Below are positions 23,383 through 36,484 of a stretch of DNA of 58,639 nt, one piece after another. Location of the stretch: NCBI GenBank assembly GCA_038087875.1, contig JAXLNO010001824.1, positions 1 through 58,639 of the forward strand, read 5' to 3'. The position numbers and the translations under genes were made by a program. The notes beneath the pieces are model-generated. The model was not told the origin of the DNA, did no database searches, and saw only the letters and a list, made by a program, of their open reading frames with translations. The first letter of the stretch is position 1; each line of letters begins with the position of its first letter. The stretch comes from Malacoraja senta. Its lineage: Eukaryota.

Positions 23383-23745
23383 AAACACGGGTCCGGCCCA
23401 GTGTCGGTTGAGAGATGAATGTTGGCAGCGCAGCCGGCGGCACCGCCAATTAAATAGCAAAGTGGGTGCTATTTAATTAAATAGCCTGTGATTGTTGGAA
23501 GGCAGCTCCTGCAACACTGCCGCGCTCCCTCAGAACCGCACTGCGATCCCAGCCCAGTTTCTGCTCAGGGATCTGGAGTGGGAAGTGAACCCAAATTGTA
23601 CTGACCCGCGGACAGAACATTGACACAACTGGTACAATAACAGCACTGTCTGCACTTCAGACCGGAGACATTGGTCGTGAAGCAATATGACACATTATGG
23701 AACGTTTTACGTTTTCTTTCATGTAATCTTCAAAATGTATCAATT

Positions 23746-24456
23746 CTGGGTAAATATTTTTAGTATAATATCTAAAGTGACCAGCACACAAGTGGACCCG
23801 GATCCAAAATTTATAATACTCGGAACATCAGAATTAAATCAAACATTTACAACAACACAAAGAAACTTTATTGATTATAGTATAATAACAGGAAAAAATT
23901 TAATTCTAAAATTTTGGAAAGGCCCTACGGCCCCCACAATCAAAATGTGGATTATAGAAATGACGGTGACCTTAAACGTGGAAAGAATCAGATTTTCCCT
24001 GTTGGACAAACAGGAATTATTCGTTGGAACATGGTCTCCCTTTATTGATTATTTAAAGGGTCAGAATGGTTCAGCACGGGAACCTGACTAATGCTCGGGC
24101 TAAAGAATGGATGAAATGTTATACTCTGAAATGTACGAATATATCTCGAATTAAGTTTTTTATTTTAATAATTTTTTCCATTCTTCTTTAACTATCTTTC
24201 TCTTTTTTTTTTTTGTTTTTTGTTTTGTTTTTTGGTTTTTTTGTTTGTTTTTTTCTCTTTTTCTTCTCTCTCTTTTCTTTCTTTACTTCATCTATCTTTT
24301 TAGTTCTATCTAGTTAAAAAAAAAAAAAAAAAAGACAAAAGGTATTGGAGACAATGTAATAATAATGGATAATATTATCAATTCAAAAATGTAAGCCTGT
24401 AATGATGTTAATAGGTTATGTACTTATCTCCAATAAAAAATATTTTCCAAAAAAAA
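23746..24456 (+). mobile_element. 5'-truncated L1 (ORF2 C-terminus and 3' UTR) in intron 1 of B
   Basis: 15-bp TSD CAAAATGTATCAATT (23731-23745 and 24457-24471); LILKFWK..W motif; AATAAA plus A tail; empty site in A at 345-359. Confidence 0.93.
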
Positions 24457-24525
24457 CAAAATGTATCAATTACCATTAAACAGTTAATTTGCTCTCCATC
24501 TGAAAGTTTCTCCGCTCAGTTTCAG

Positions 24526-24840
24526 GTGCAGTGTGGGCAAAGTGGGAAGTAAAAGGAGTTGTGGGAAGAGAGATCACAATCGATTGTCACTATGCAGCAG
24601 AGTACCGCTCACACACAAAATACTGGTGCCGTGGGAGGAGTCGATCGTGTAGAGTTTTAGTGGAAACAAATGGGCAACACGGACGGAGTGGAAGAGTGTC
24701 AATCACAGATAACCCGGCTCGAGGAATATTTACTGTGACTGTGGAGGATCTTCACTCTGAAGATACAGGATGGTACAGCTGTGGAATTTCAACATCAGCC
24801 GACCATCCAATATTTAACGTTTTACTCGAAGTATCTGACG
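24526..24840 (+). CDS. Gene B exon V1
   Basis: 315 nt, open, all four Cys and the core Trp present, GT-AG sites intact. Confidence 0.93.
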
Positions 24841-27025
24841 GTATGTTTCGCAGCGAATGACTTGACGTCTCCAGCAGAAAGACAATACAGGATTACAATC
24901 GATCCTCTTACAGTGCATAGATACATGAAAAGGAAATTACGTTTAGTGTAAGGCGAATCCAGCAAAGTCCGATCAAGGGTAGTCCGAGGGTCATCAAAGA
25001 GATAGATAGTTCCGCACTACTCTCTGGATGTGGTAGGATGATTCAGATGCCTGACAACAGCTGTGAAGAAATTGTCCCCGAATCTGGCGGTGTGCGTGTT
25101 CACGCTAGTAACGCTCTCCGGTAAGGGACCTGGAGGTGGGTGGTGAGTGGGCGAGTGGTGAGTGGGTGAGTGGTTGGGTGAGTGGGCAGATGCATGGCAG
25201 ATGAAGTTTAATGTGGATAAATGTGAGTTTATCCACTTTAGTAGCAAAATCAGGAAGGCAGATTATTATCTGAATGTTGTCAGGTTGGGAGAAGGGGAAG
25301 TACAAAGAGATCTGGGGGTCCTTGTTCATCACTCACTGAAAGTAAGCATGCAGGTACAGCAGGCAGTGAAGAAAGCTAGTGGCATGTTGACCTTAATAAC
25401 AAGAGGAGTTGAGTACAGGAGCAAAGAAGTCCTTCTGCAGTTGTACATGGCCCCAGTGAGACCACACCTGGATTATTGTTTGCAGTTTTGATCTCCAAAT
25501 TTGAGGAAGGACCTTCTTGCTATCGAGGGAGTGCAGTGTATGTTGAGGGAGTGCAACAAGGTTAATTCCCGGGATGGCGGGACTGTCATCTGTTGATTGA
25601 ATGGTGCGGCTGCGCTTGTATACTCAGGAATTTAGAAGGATGAGATGGGATCTTATTGAAAAATATAAGATTATTAAGGGATTGGACACGCGAGAGGCAG
25701 GAAACATTTTCCCGATATTAAGAATATTGGATAGGCCATTTAGAACGGAGATGAGGAAAAACGTTTTCACCCAGAGAGTTGTGAATCTGTGGAATTATCT
25801 GCCTCAGAAGGCAGTGGAGGCCGATTCACTGGATGCATCCAAAGAGAGTTAGATAGAGCGCTTTGGGCTAGCGGAATCAAGGGGTATGGGGAAAGGCAGG
25901 AACGGGGTACTGATTGTGGATGATCAGCCATGAACACATTGAATAGCGGTGCTGGCTCGAAGGGCTGAATGGCCTACACCTGCACTTATTGCCTATGTAT
26001 CTATGTATCTCTTTATCTATGTCTGTATCTACAGTTCCTTGTGTCTCCACCTCTGATATTGAAAAGCAAGACCAATCAAATATTCAGCAAGAGAACACTA
26101 TACCCGTTAGAGTAACTGGGCGCAGAGGTTTCCTGATGATTGTTATCGGGTATTACATTTGTATTTGAAGTGAACCCTACTGATGTTAACGACTCACGAA
26201 TAGATTTAGGTTCTGTTGAGATAAGGAAATAAAGGACAATTAAAGATAGACAAAAAAATGCTGGATTAACTCAGCGAGACAGGCAGCATCGCTGGAGAGA
26301 ATGAATGGGTAACGTTTCGGGTCTGAGCATGGGTCTCGACCCGAAACGTCAGAGCGAGAGAGTTAGATGGAGCTCTAAAAGATAGCGGCGCCATGGGATA
26401 TGGTGAGAAGGTATGAACGGGGTACTGATTGTGGATAATCAGCCATGGTCATAGTGAATGTCGGTGCTGGCTCGAAGGGCCGAATGGCCTACTCCTACAC
26501 CTATTGTCTCTTATTTCTTTACCCGCTTTATTGTAATCCGTCCGTCCTCTGTTCTCAGTCAGGGCTATGTAAAAGCAGTGGCGGCGGTGAATGCCTAAAC
26601 ACGGGTCCGGCTCAGTGTCGGTTGAGAGATGAATGTTGGCAGCGTAGCCGGCGGCACCGCCAATGAAATAGCAAAGTGAGGTATTTAGCAGGGTGAGAGG
26701 CCGGGCACCGCCTGGGATTGTTGAAAGGCAGCTCCTGCAACACTGCCGCGCTCCCTCAGTACCGCACTGCGATCCCAGCCCAGTTTCTGCTCAGGGATCT
26801 GGAGTAGGAAGTGAACCCTAATTGTACTGACCAGGGGACAGAACACTGACACAACAGGTACAATAACAGCACTGCCTGCACTTCAGACCGGAGACATTGG
26901 CCGTGAAGCAATATGACACATCATGGAACGATTTAAGTTTTCTTTCATGTAATCTTCAAAATGTATCTATTTCCATTAAACAGTTCATTTGCTCTCCATC
27001 TGAAAGTTTCTCCCCTCCATTTCAG

Positions 27026-27340
27026 CTGCAGTGTGGGGAGAGACGTATGTAAGAGGAGTTGTGGCAAGAGCGATCACAATCGATTGCCACTATGCAGCAG
27101 AGTACCGCTCACACACAAAATACTGGTGCCGTGTGCAGAGTCGCCAATGTACGGATGTGGTGGAAACAAATGGGCAACAAGGACGGAGTGGAAGAGTGTC
27201 AATCACCGATAACCCGGCACGAGGAATATTTACTTTGACTGTGGAGGATCTTCACTCTGGAGATACAGGATGGTACAGGTGTGGAATTACTACATCTAAC
27301 GGCCGTCCAATGTTAAACGTAGAACTCGAAGTATCTGACG
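27026..27340 (+). CDS. Gene B exon V2
   Basis: 315 nt, open, motifs and splice sites intact. Confidence 0.93.
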
Positions 27341-27540
27341 GTACGTTTCGCAGCGATTGACTTGTCGTCTCCACTGAAGTGCCTGATCAATGTTTTCTCC
27401 GGGAAGGGTCAGGGCAGCACCGATATCCCGAGGCTCGGCAGCAGTGCAGAGACCTGTGGGGAGCGGGCGGGGGTCGGGAAACCGCACTCATTTTGCTCTC
27501 AAACTGTGCGGGGTCTGCCCCATTGAGCGGCCACCCACTT

Positions 27541-28971
27541 AGAAACATAGAAACATAGAAAATAGGTGCAGGAGAAGGCCATTCGGCCCTTCGAGCCAGC
27601 ACCGCCATTCATTGCCATCATGGCTGATCGTCCCCAATCAATAACCTATGCATGCCTTCTCCCCATATCCCTTGATTCCACTACACCCTGGAGCTCTATC
27701 TGACTCTCTCTTAAATCCATCCAGTGATTTGGCCTCCACTGTCCTCTGTGGCAGTGAATGCCACAAATTCACAACTCTCTGGGTGAAAACGTTTTTTCTC
27801 ACCTCTGTCTTAAATGGCCTCCCCTTTATTCTAAGACTGTGGCCCCTGGTTCTGGACTCGCCCAACATTGGGAACACTTTTCCTGCATCTAGCTTGTCTA
27901 GTTCTTTTATAATTGTATGTGTTTCTATAAGATCCCCTCTCATCCTTCTAAACTCCAGTGAATACAAGCCTAGTCTTTTCAATCTCTCCTCATAAGACAG
28001 ACCCGCCATCCCAGGGATCAATCTCGTGAACCTATGCTGCACTGCCTCAATCACAAGGATGTCCTTCCACAATTAGGAGACCAAAACTGTACGCAATATT
28101 CCAGATGTGGTCTTTCCAGAGCCCTATACAACTGCAGAAGAACCTCTCTACTATATTGAAATCCTCTTGTTATGAAGGCCAAAATTCCATTAGCTTTCTT
28201 CACTGCCTGCTGTACCTGCAAGCCAACTTTCAGTGACCAATGTACAAGGAAATCCAGGTCTCGCTGCGCCACCCCCTTACCTAACCTAACCCCGTTGTGA
28301 TAATAATCTGCCGCCTTGTTTTTGCCACCAAAGTGGATAACCTCACATTTATCTATATTATACTTCCACGCATCTGCCCACTCACTCAACCTGTCCTGGT
28401 CACCCTGCAACCTCCTAACATCCTCTTCACAGTTCACACTGCCATCCAGCTTTGTGTCATCCGCAAACTTGCTAGTGTTGCTCCTAATTCCCTCTTCCAA
28501 ATCATTAATATATATGGTAAACAGTTGCGGCCCAAACACCGAGCCTTGCGGCACTCCACTCGCCACTGCCTGCCATTCTGAAAAGGACCCGTTCACTCCT
28601 ACTCTTTACTTCCTGTCTGCCAACCAATTTTCTATCCACGTCAACACCCTACCCCCAATACCAATCGCTCTAATTTAAGTCACCAGTCTCTCGGGCGGGT
28701 CCTTATCAAAGGGTTTCTGAAAGTCTAGATATACTACATCCACTGGCACCACTTCATCCATTTTACTTGTCACATCTTCAAAAAATCCAGAAGATTAGTC
28801 AAGCATGATTTTCATAAATCCATGCTGACTTGGACTAATCCTTTTACTGTTATCGAAATGCCCCATTATTACCACTTTAATAATTGACACCAGCATCTTT
28901 CCCACCACCGAAGTCAGGCTAACTGGTCTATAATTCCCCGTTTTTTCTATCGCTCCTTTTTTGAAAAGTGG
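27541..28971 (-). mobile_element. CR1/HER1 RT fragment, V2-V3 intron of B
   Basis: Orthologous to 3397-4818; RT ORFs 28051-28596 and 27638-28072. Confidence 0.92.
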
Positions 28972-31394
28972 AATTTAACTTCTCATTCACTTCACTTTTC
29001 ACTTAAAGTGGAATGCTCAGCACATTTCCCTTCCTCTGAACTGTATGAAATGTCACCCTGTCAGAAGTTTGCATTTCGACTCAAACTAATAATCCGACAG
29101 ATCAGTGAGAAACAAGTGTTGCTCGCGGTCTGAATACCCCGAGAGTTTAAAAAAATCAGTCCCCAGAGCTCAATAGACTGCGATCAGTCCTCCCGTGGTA
29201 GGCCATCCCGCTTCCCGCCCCCACCTCAGGGATCAGTCATTCCCTCCCAAACCCCGCGCTCTCTCTCTCTCCCTCTGCCCCATCAATGCGCCCCCATCTC
29301 CAGCAGCCACCGTCCACCCACCGCCCGGCAGTCAGCCAACCTCTCCACCCGGACATTTCCCCGGTGTTAAGCAGAATAAACTCATCTTTCACCCCATCAG
29401 CCGTCGCACACAACACATAATCCTCCAACATTTTCGCCACCTCCAACGGGATCCCACTACTAGACACATCTTTCCATCTCCACCGCTATCTGCTTTCCGA
29501 AGAGACCGTTCCTTCCGTAACTCCCTGGTCAACGTCCATCCCCCCCCCCCCCCAAAAAAAACCATCCTCTCCCCAAGTACCTTCCCCGACAACTGCAGGA
29601 GATAGATCACCTGTCTCGATACCTCCTTCCTCTACTCCGTCCAAGGTCTCCAACAATCTTTGCGGGTGAGGATTGACTAGCATCTCCTCCAAGCTCACCT
29701 ACTACATCCGCTGTTCCAGGTGTGAACTACTGTATATCGGCGAGACCAAGCGCAGACTCGTCGATCGTTTCGCTGATTAACTCCGCTCAGTCTGCTTCGG
29801 CCGACGCTACTTCCCGATTGCTAAACACTTTAATTCCCCCTCCCATCCCCAAACTCAACTTTCTGTCCTGGACCTCCTCCACTATCCAACGTAAATAGGA
29901 GGAAAAGCACCTGGGAAACTTACAACCCATCGGTTTGAATATTGACTTCTCTAACTTCAAGGAACCCTTGCTTTACTCCTGTCCCCATCCCGCCACCATC
30001 CTAGCTCTCCAGTTAGTTGCACAGTCAAACTGATTTTATTTTACTTATTGTATGCCTCGTTGTCACCTTCCCTTCAGCTCACAATGATCCATTGTCCATT
30101 TTCTTTTCACCTTTGATCACTTGTTTTCACACCTTACCTTTCCATTTATCTTCTGTCTCCCTGTCCCATGATTCTCAGGCTGAAGATGGGTCTCGACAGG
30201 AAACGTCACCCATTCCGTCTTTCGAGAGATGCTGCCTGCTCCGTTGCGTTACTCCAGCATTTTGTGTCTATCTTAAAGGGATCGTAATTCGTTTTCCACA
30301 GCAGAGATGGTTAAGTGTGTGTAGACATGTAATGGGGGAAATGGAACTCAGTGCATTGTGGTGCTGGATCTGAAATCACACTTGAATATCTACACAATGT
30401 TCGTAGTTTAACCACTGTTGACACATGGTCGAAATACATCCTGACGATAAATGAAAGGCTTAAAATAGCGAATAAATTTGAAGCAGATACTGCAAGACAC
30501 CTGGACCGAAGGCGAGAGGTTCCAACGTCATCTGGAAGTTAATTCTACACTTTTAAAATGTGTTTACCAAGGAGGTGGAAGTCAGGATTGTGGACTCATT
30601 GTGTCAGTTCAAACATTCCCTGCATTTGTCCAACTCAACTCTGTCGCAAACCCAACAATTCCCCGGAGTCTGAGACTGAACCACTGTCCTCGCTCTATCC
30701 ACCCACCCCCAACTCTCTCCCATCCTCTCTCGGATCCGTGGCCCAGTCGTGCTGAATTGTCCATGGCGAGCCGGGGTCATTGGGAATAAATCCTGTCCCA
30801 GATGAGCAGCGGGACATTGGGCTCACAATTCAGTTTAGTTTATTATCACGAGTACCGAGGTACAGTGAATCTGGCGATGTGCGTTTTCACGCTAGTAACG
30901 CTCTCCAGTAAGGACCCGCTTTATTGTAACCCGTCCGTACTCAGTCAGGGGGTTGTAAAGGCAGTGGCTGCGGTGAATTTCTAAACACGGGTCCGGCCCA
31001 GTGTCGGTTGAGAGATGAATGTTGGCAGCGCCGAAACTGATATAGCAAAATGGGGTCTTTCTGAAGGGGATAGGCCGGGTATCGCCTGGGATTGTTGATA
31101 GGCAGCCCCTGCAACACTGCCGCGCTCCCTCAGTGCCGCACTGCGATCCCAGCCCACTTTCTGCTGAGGGATCTGGAGTGAGAAGTGAACCCAAATTGTA
31201 CTGACCAGGGGACAGAACACTGACACAACTGATACAATAACAGCACTGCCGCACTTCATACCGGATACATTGGTCGTGAAGCAATATGACACATCATGGA
31301 ACGATTATGTTTTTCATGTAATCTTCAAAATGTATCTATTACCATTAAACAGTTCATTTGCTCTCCATCTGAAAGTTTTTCCCCTCCATTTCAG

Positions 31395-31709
31395 CTGCAG
31401 TATGGGGAGAGAGGAATGTAACAGGTGTTGTGGGAAGAGCGATCACAATCGATTGTCACTATGCAGCAGATTACCGCTCAAACACAAAATACTGGTGCCG
31501 TGGGTGGAGTCGCCAATGTACAGATATGGTGGAAACAAATGGGCAACACGGACGGAGTGGAAGAGTGTCAATCACAGATATATCGGCACTAAGAATATTT
31601 ACTGTGACTGTGGAAGATCTTCACTCTGGAGATACAGGATGGTACAGGTGTGGAATCACAGCATCCACCGAACATCCATTGTTTCCCGTATATCTCCAGG
31701 TATCTGACG
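31395..31709 (+). CDS. Gene B exon V3 (divergent)
   Basis: 315 nt, open, tttcag| and |gtacgt; 16 aa differences from V3 of gene A. Confidence 0.93.
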
Positions 31710-34133
31710 GTACGTTTCGCAGCGATTGGCTTCATGTCTCCACTGAAATGCCTGATCCATGTTTTCTCCGGGAAGGGTCAGGGCAGCACCGATATCCCGA
31801 GGCTCCGCAGCAGGGCAGAGACCTCCGGGGAGCGGGCGGGGGTCGGGAAACCCCACTCATGTTTGCTCGCACCCAGTGCGGGCTCTGTCCCACTGAGCGG
31901 CCACCCACTTCAAGACACTCAACACATTTCCCTGCCTCTGAATTGTATGAAATATCACCCTGTCAGAGGTTTGCATTCCGACAAACTAATAACCCGACAG
32001 ATCAGTGAGAAACAAGTATTGCTCGCCGTCTGAATACCCGGAGAATGATAAACAGGGAATCAGTCCACAGAGCTCAACAGACTGCGTTCAGTCCTCCCGG
32101 GGCAGGCCAGCCCGCTTCCCGCCCCCACCTCAGGGATCAGTCACTCCCTCCCCATCCCGCACACTCTCTCTCTCCCTCTGCCCCGTCAATGCGTCCCCAC
32201 TGCCAGCAGCCATTGTCCACCCATCGCCCGCCAGCCAGCCAGCCTCTCCTCCCGGACATTTCCCCGGTCGTAAGCAGAATAAACTCATCTTTCGCCCCAT
32301 CAGCCGTCGCACACAGCATATAATCCTCCGACATTTGCGCCACCTACAATGGGATGCCACAACTAGCCACATCTTTCTATCTCCATCGCTTTCTGCGTTC
32401 CCTCCGCAACTCCCTGGTCAACTCGTCCTCACCCCCACCCCACTCCCCACCCCCCACCCCCGTCCCGTTACCTTCCCCTACAACTGCGGGAGATGCAACA
32501 CCAGTCACTATATATCCCCCCTCTACTCCGTCCATGGGCCTCAACAGTCTTTTCGGGTGAGGCAGAGGATTCCTTGCATCTCCTCTAACCTCATCTACTC
32601 TATCCGCTGTTCCAGATGTGAACAAGCGGATATAGTAGATGGGAGACCAAGCGCAGACTCGGCGATCGTTACGCTGAACAACTCCGCTCAGTCTGCCTCG
32701 GCCTACGCTACATCCCGATTGCTAAACACTTTTATTCCCCCTCCCATTCCCAAACTGATCTTTCCGTCCTGGACCTCCTCCAGTGTCAGAGTGAGGCCGA
32801 AGGCAAATTGGAAAAACAGCGCCTCATATTTCGCTTGGGCAGCTTACAACCCAGCGGTTTGAATATTGACATCTCGAACTTCAAGTAACCCTTGCTTTAC
32901 TCCTTTCCATCCCGCGCCCATCCGAAACCTCCAATTAGATTCACCTTATAATATTTTACTGATTGTATGCCTCGTTGTCACCTTCCCTTCAGCTGACAAT
33001 GATTCATTCTACATTTCCCTTTAACATTGTCACCTTTGATCACTTGTTTTAACATCTTACCCTTCCATTTCTCTTCTGTCACCCAGAACATGACTGTCAG
33101 GCTGGAGAAGGGTCTCGATCCGAAACTTCACGCACTCCTTCTCTCGAGAGATGCAGCCTGCTCCGCTGAGTTCCCCCAGCATTTTGTGTCTCTCTTAAAG
33201 CGATCGTAATTAGTTTTCGCGATTAAATTACAAGGCATTGAATTGTGTTTTTGGCACGCTTGTCTTCATCAGTGAGAACATTCAGAATATAATTTGAGAT
33301 AATATGCTTCAGACGTGCAGATGTTCAGTCCACACTTTGGGAATTGTGTTCAGCTTCAATCACTCAGCTCCAAGAAAAGTTGAGATGGACAGCGAGCAGA
33401 AAGGTTTAAGGGCGACGTTGCCTGGACAGGATGGGATTGACGCAGGGAGCGATTGGACAAACTCAGACTTCATTCCTTAGTGTGGAAATGATTGAGAGAG
33501 GAACTTATAGAAATGTAACAATCACGAGAAGCATGTTCATTTTCCCACGATGTGTGGAATCAAAAAGTGGAGGACAGAGGTAATGGGAACTATTTAAAGA
33601 GGAAGGAATAGTAAGGTGCAATTGACCGTAATTGCATGTTTTGTACAGCTGAGTGGCGGAAGCTGAACACAATTCGCACAAGTTCGACCTGAACAACATA
33701 TGTACAACTGAAACATAACATCCAACATATGTTCTGAGGGACAACATTTTCCACACATTGGGTAATATGTACATGGAACCTGCTGCCAGGGGAAGTTGTT
33801 GAGGCAGTTAAAATAGCAGCGTTTAAAATAAATTTTGGATATTTGCGTAGATTGGGATCATTGCGAGTGATAAATGAGAAACGCGGACATATGGAAATGT
33901 CATAGAAAGACATGTTGGTCGGCATTAATGAGCTGTTGTGATGGGCATCTTTCGGTTCTCTATAACTCTAACCTTCTTCGGTTTCTGCGCTTCGCACACT
34001 CCCAGAGATGTAGAGGAGCCGGTGAGGTATCAACCGGACGGCTCGGGCTGAGATAAAGTGCTGCTGAGATTTAGCAAGTGTTTGGTTTTTAACAATTCAT
34101 ACAGGTGACTGAATATTTGCTCCATTCCCACAG

Positions 34134-34453
34134 AAACCATGTCTGCTCCTGTGCTCAGTTATCTGTCAGCAGCAAATTCCTCACGTCTTGGAGGCTCAGT
34201 GTCATTGTCCTGTGAGTCTCTCCGTGGATCCCTTCCCATCCATTACACATGGTTTGAGAAAACGAGCATTGGGTTTCTACGATCTTGAAAGGCAATCAAC
34301 TGGATCTGAGTTGTGAAATCCTCAGAGGTGAACACCTTCGATATTACTGCACAGCCGCAAATAATCGTGAGACAAAATCCAGTGAAATAGTCAAGGTGAA
34401 AGTCTTCAAAGGAGCAGGAACGTGCAGTTATGTGACAGAAATGAACAGTGCAG
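34134..34453 (+). pseudogene. Gene B exon C2a with -1 frameshift
   Basis: 320 nt versus 321 in A; GAGAAAACG versus GAGAAGGACG gives TGA at 34286-34288; splice sites intact. Confidence 0.88.
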
Positions 34454-34820
34454 GTGAGTGTTCCTCTCGTGTCCCTGAACCTGCTGCTATTCACCTTGTG
34501 GTGATGTTCATGGATTTCTTGTTATTTGCAGACGGCATCATTGCAGCCACCGTGAGCTCATGGTGTAAAATGCGAGAGTTTGTTTGGGGGACTGGCAAAT
34601 AATTGCCCGTTGCTTCCACCATGGAGGTGTTGAGCAATTTCAGCAAAGGAGAGAAAGACATGCACTTGTCACAAAGGGTTGAGTGCACTCCATCAAATGT
34701 CTGCCTTCTGCCTTAAAAATGCCGCTTGGCTGCCGCTTAAGGTCTCACAGTCACTTTGAGACATTGAAAGCAACCAAATGCATCCTGTTTGGATCCGCCA
34801 TCATTTACAATCAAGGATGT

Positions 34821-35276
34821 GAGACCAAGCGGAGGCTTGGCGATCGTTTCGTCGAACACCTCCGGTCGGTCCGCAATAACCAACCTGAACTCCCGGTGGC
34901 TCAGCACTTCAACTCCCCCTCCCATTCCGTATCTGACCTCTCTGTCCTGGGTCTCCTCCATGGCCACAGCGAGCAACACCGTAAATTGGAGGAAATGCAC
35001 CTCATATTCCGCTTGGGCAGTCTACATCCTGGTGGCCTGAACGTTGAATTCTCCCAATTCTGCAAGCCCTGGCTGTCCCCTCCCCTTCATCAGCCATCTG
35101 GTTGTCTCCTCCCCTCCCCCAGCCCTCGGGCTCCTCCTCCGCCTTTTCCTTTTTTCCTTTCTTCTCCCCACCCCCTATCAGTCTGAAGAAGGGTTTCGGC
35201 CCGAAACGTTACCTATTTCCTTCGCTCCATAGATGCAGCTGCACCCGCTGAGTTTCTCCAGCATTTTTGTGTACCT
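34821..35276 (+). mobile_element. B-specific Penelope GIY-YIG/3' fragment
   Basis: ETKRRLGDRFVEHLRSVRNNQPELPVAQHFN; flanked by ATGT; empty site in A near 10654-10657. Confidence 0.88.
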
Positions 35277-36172
35277 ATGTACAATTTCATGATCATGTTC
35301 ATGATTTTAACTCTGTTAATTTGTGTGAATCACTGGAATTCCAGTAATCTCACAAAATTTAGGTGGAGTCACTTGGCCGTCACTCCATCAAGTATAACCC
35401 TTACTTTTGTCAAAGATAATTTTGAAATGAACTCCCAGTAGGCGTGGAGACGTTCAGATTGGAAGTCCAGAATAGAGTGTGAATGGTTTACATCAGAGAC
35501 ACCAAGCTTATACAATGCCAGCGTTTCTTAAACTATTTCAGTGCCATTAACCCTTGAGTCTTTATTACAAGATTTAATTCACCCTCCACAAAATATTCTT
35601 ATGTTTTTTTGGTTATTATCATCTTATTTTCACGTGTGCATAATTTTATATATAATTTATTTTGTCACATGAGCAAAAAACATGAATTAACTCATTCACC
35701 CCAAAATAATTTCATTCGCCCTTGGGTAAACCATTCATCAGTTTAAGAAGCACTGGCCGAGGCTACAATTTCGCCGAACACTTGTGTTTGGTCTGTCATG
35801 ACCCAGAGTCGTACTTGATAGACACCCCGTTGATGCAGAGCAGCAGCAGTTTGCACCATCTGCACGATGCACTGCAGCAACTCACCAAGACTCCCAAGAC
35901 ATTACCTTCCAATTGCAACAGGCTCCGTGTTCAATGCATCATTATTCACCATTCACACCCACATTGGCTGGGAAGCGCTTTGGAACGATGTGCAGATGGT
36001 GAGGGACGGTGTACAGTATCTGTCTCTCATCGCAATCTAGGTGGAATTCAACAGAGTTAAGAAAATCATTGGGCGGACTCCCCTGTATATATTGATGTAT
36101 ACTATAATGTATATGTTTGTGAAAGACTAATTTTGCTCTTCAATCTATGAAAGAATTTTCCTTCAGTTTCAG

Positions 36173-36484
36173 GTGCACTGTGGGCAGAGAGCGAAGTACG
36201 AGGGGTTGTGGGAAGAGCGATCTCAATCGATTGTCACTATGCAGCAGTGTACCGCTCACACACAAAATGCAGGTGCCCTGGGACAAGTCGCCAATGTACA
36301 CATATAGTGGAAACAAATGGGAAACATGGACAGAGCGGAAGAGTGTCAATCACAGATAACCCGGCACGAGGAATATTTACTGTGACTGTGGAGGATCTTC
36401 ACTCTGGAGTTACAGGATGGTACAGATGTGGAATTATTACACCTGGCGAACCAACATTTAAAGTACATCTCCAAGTATCTGAAG
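36173..36484 (+). CDS. Gene B exon V4, open but degenerate
   Basis: 312 nt, open; KYWC changed to KCRC and GDTG to GVTG. Confidence 0.85.
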
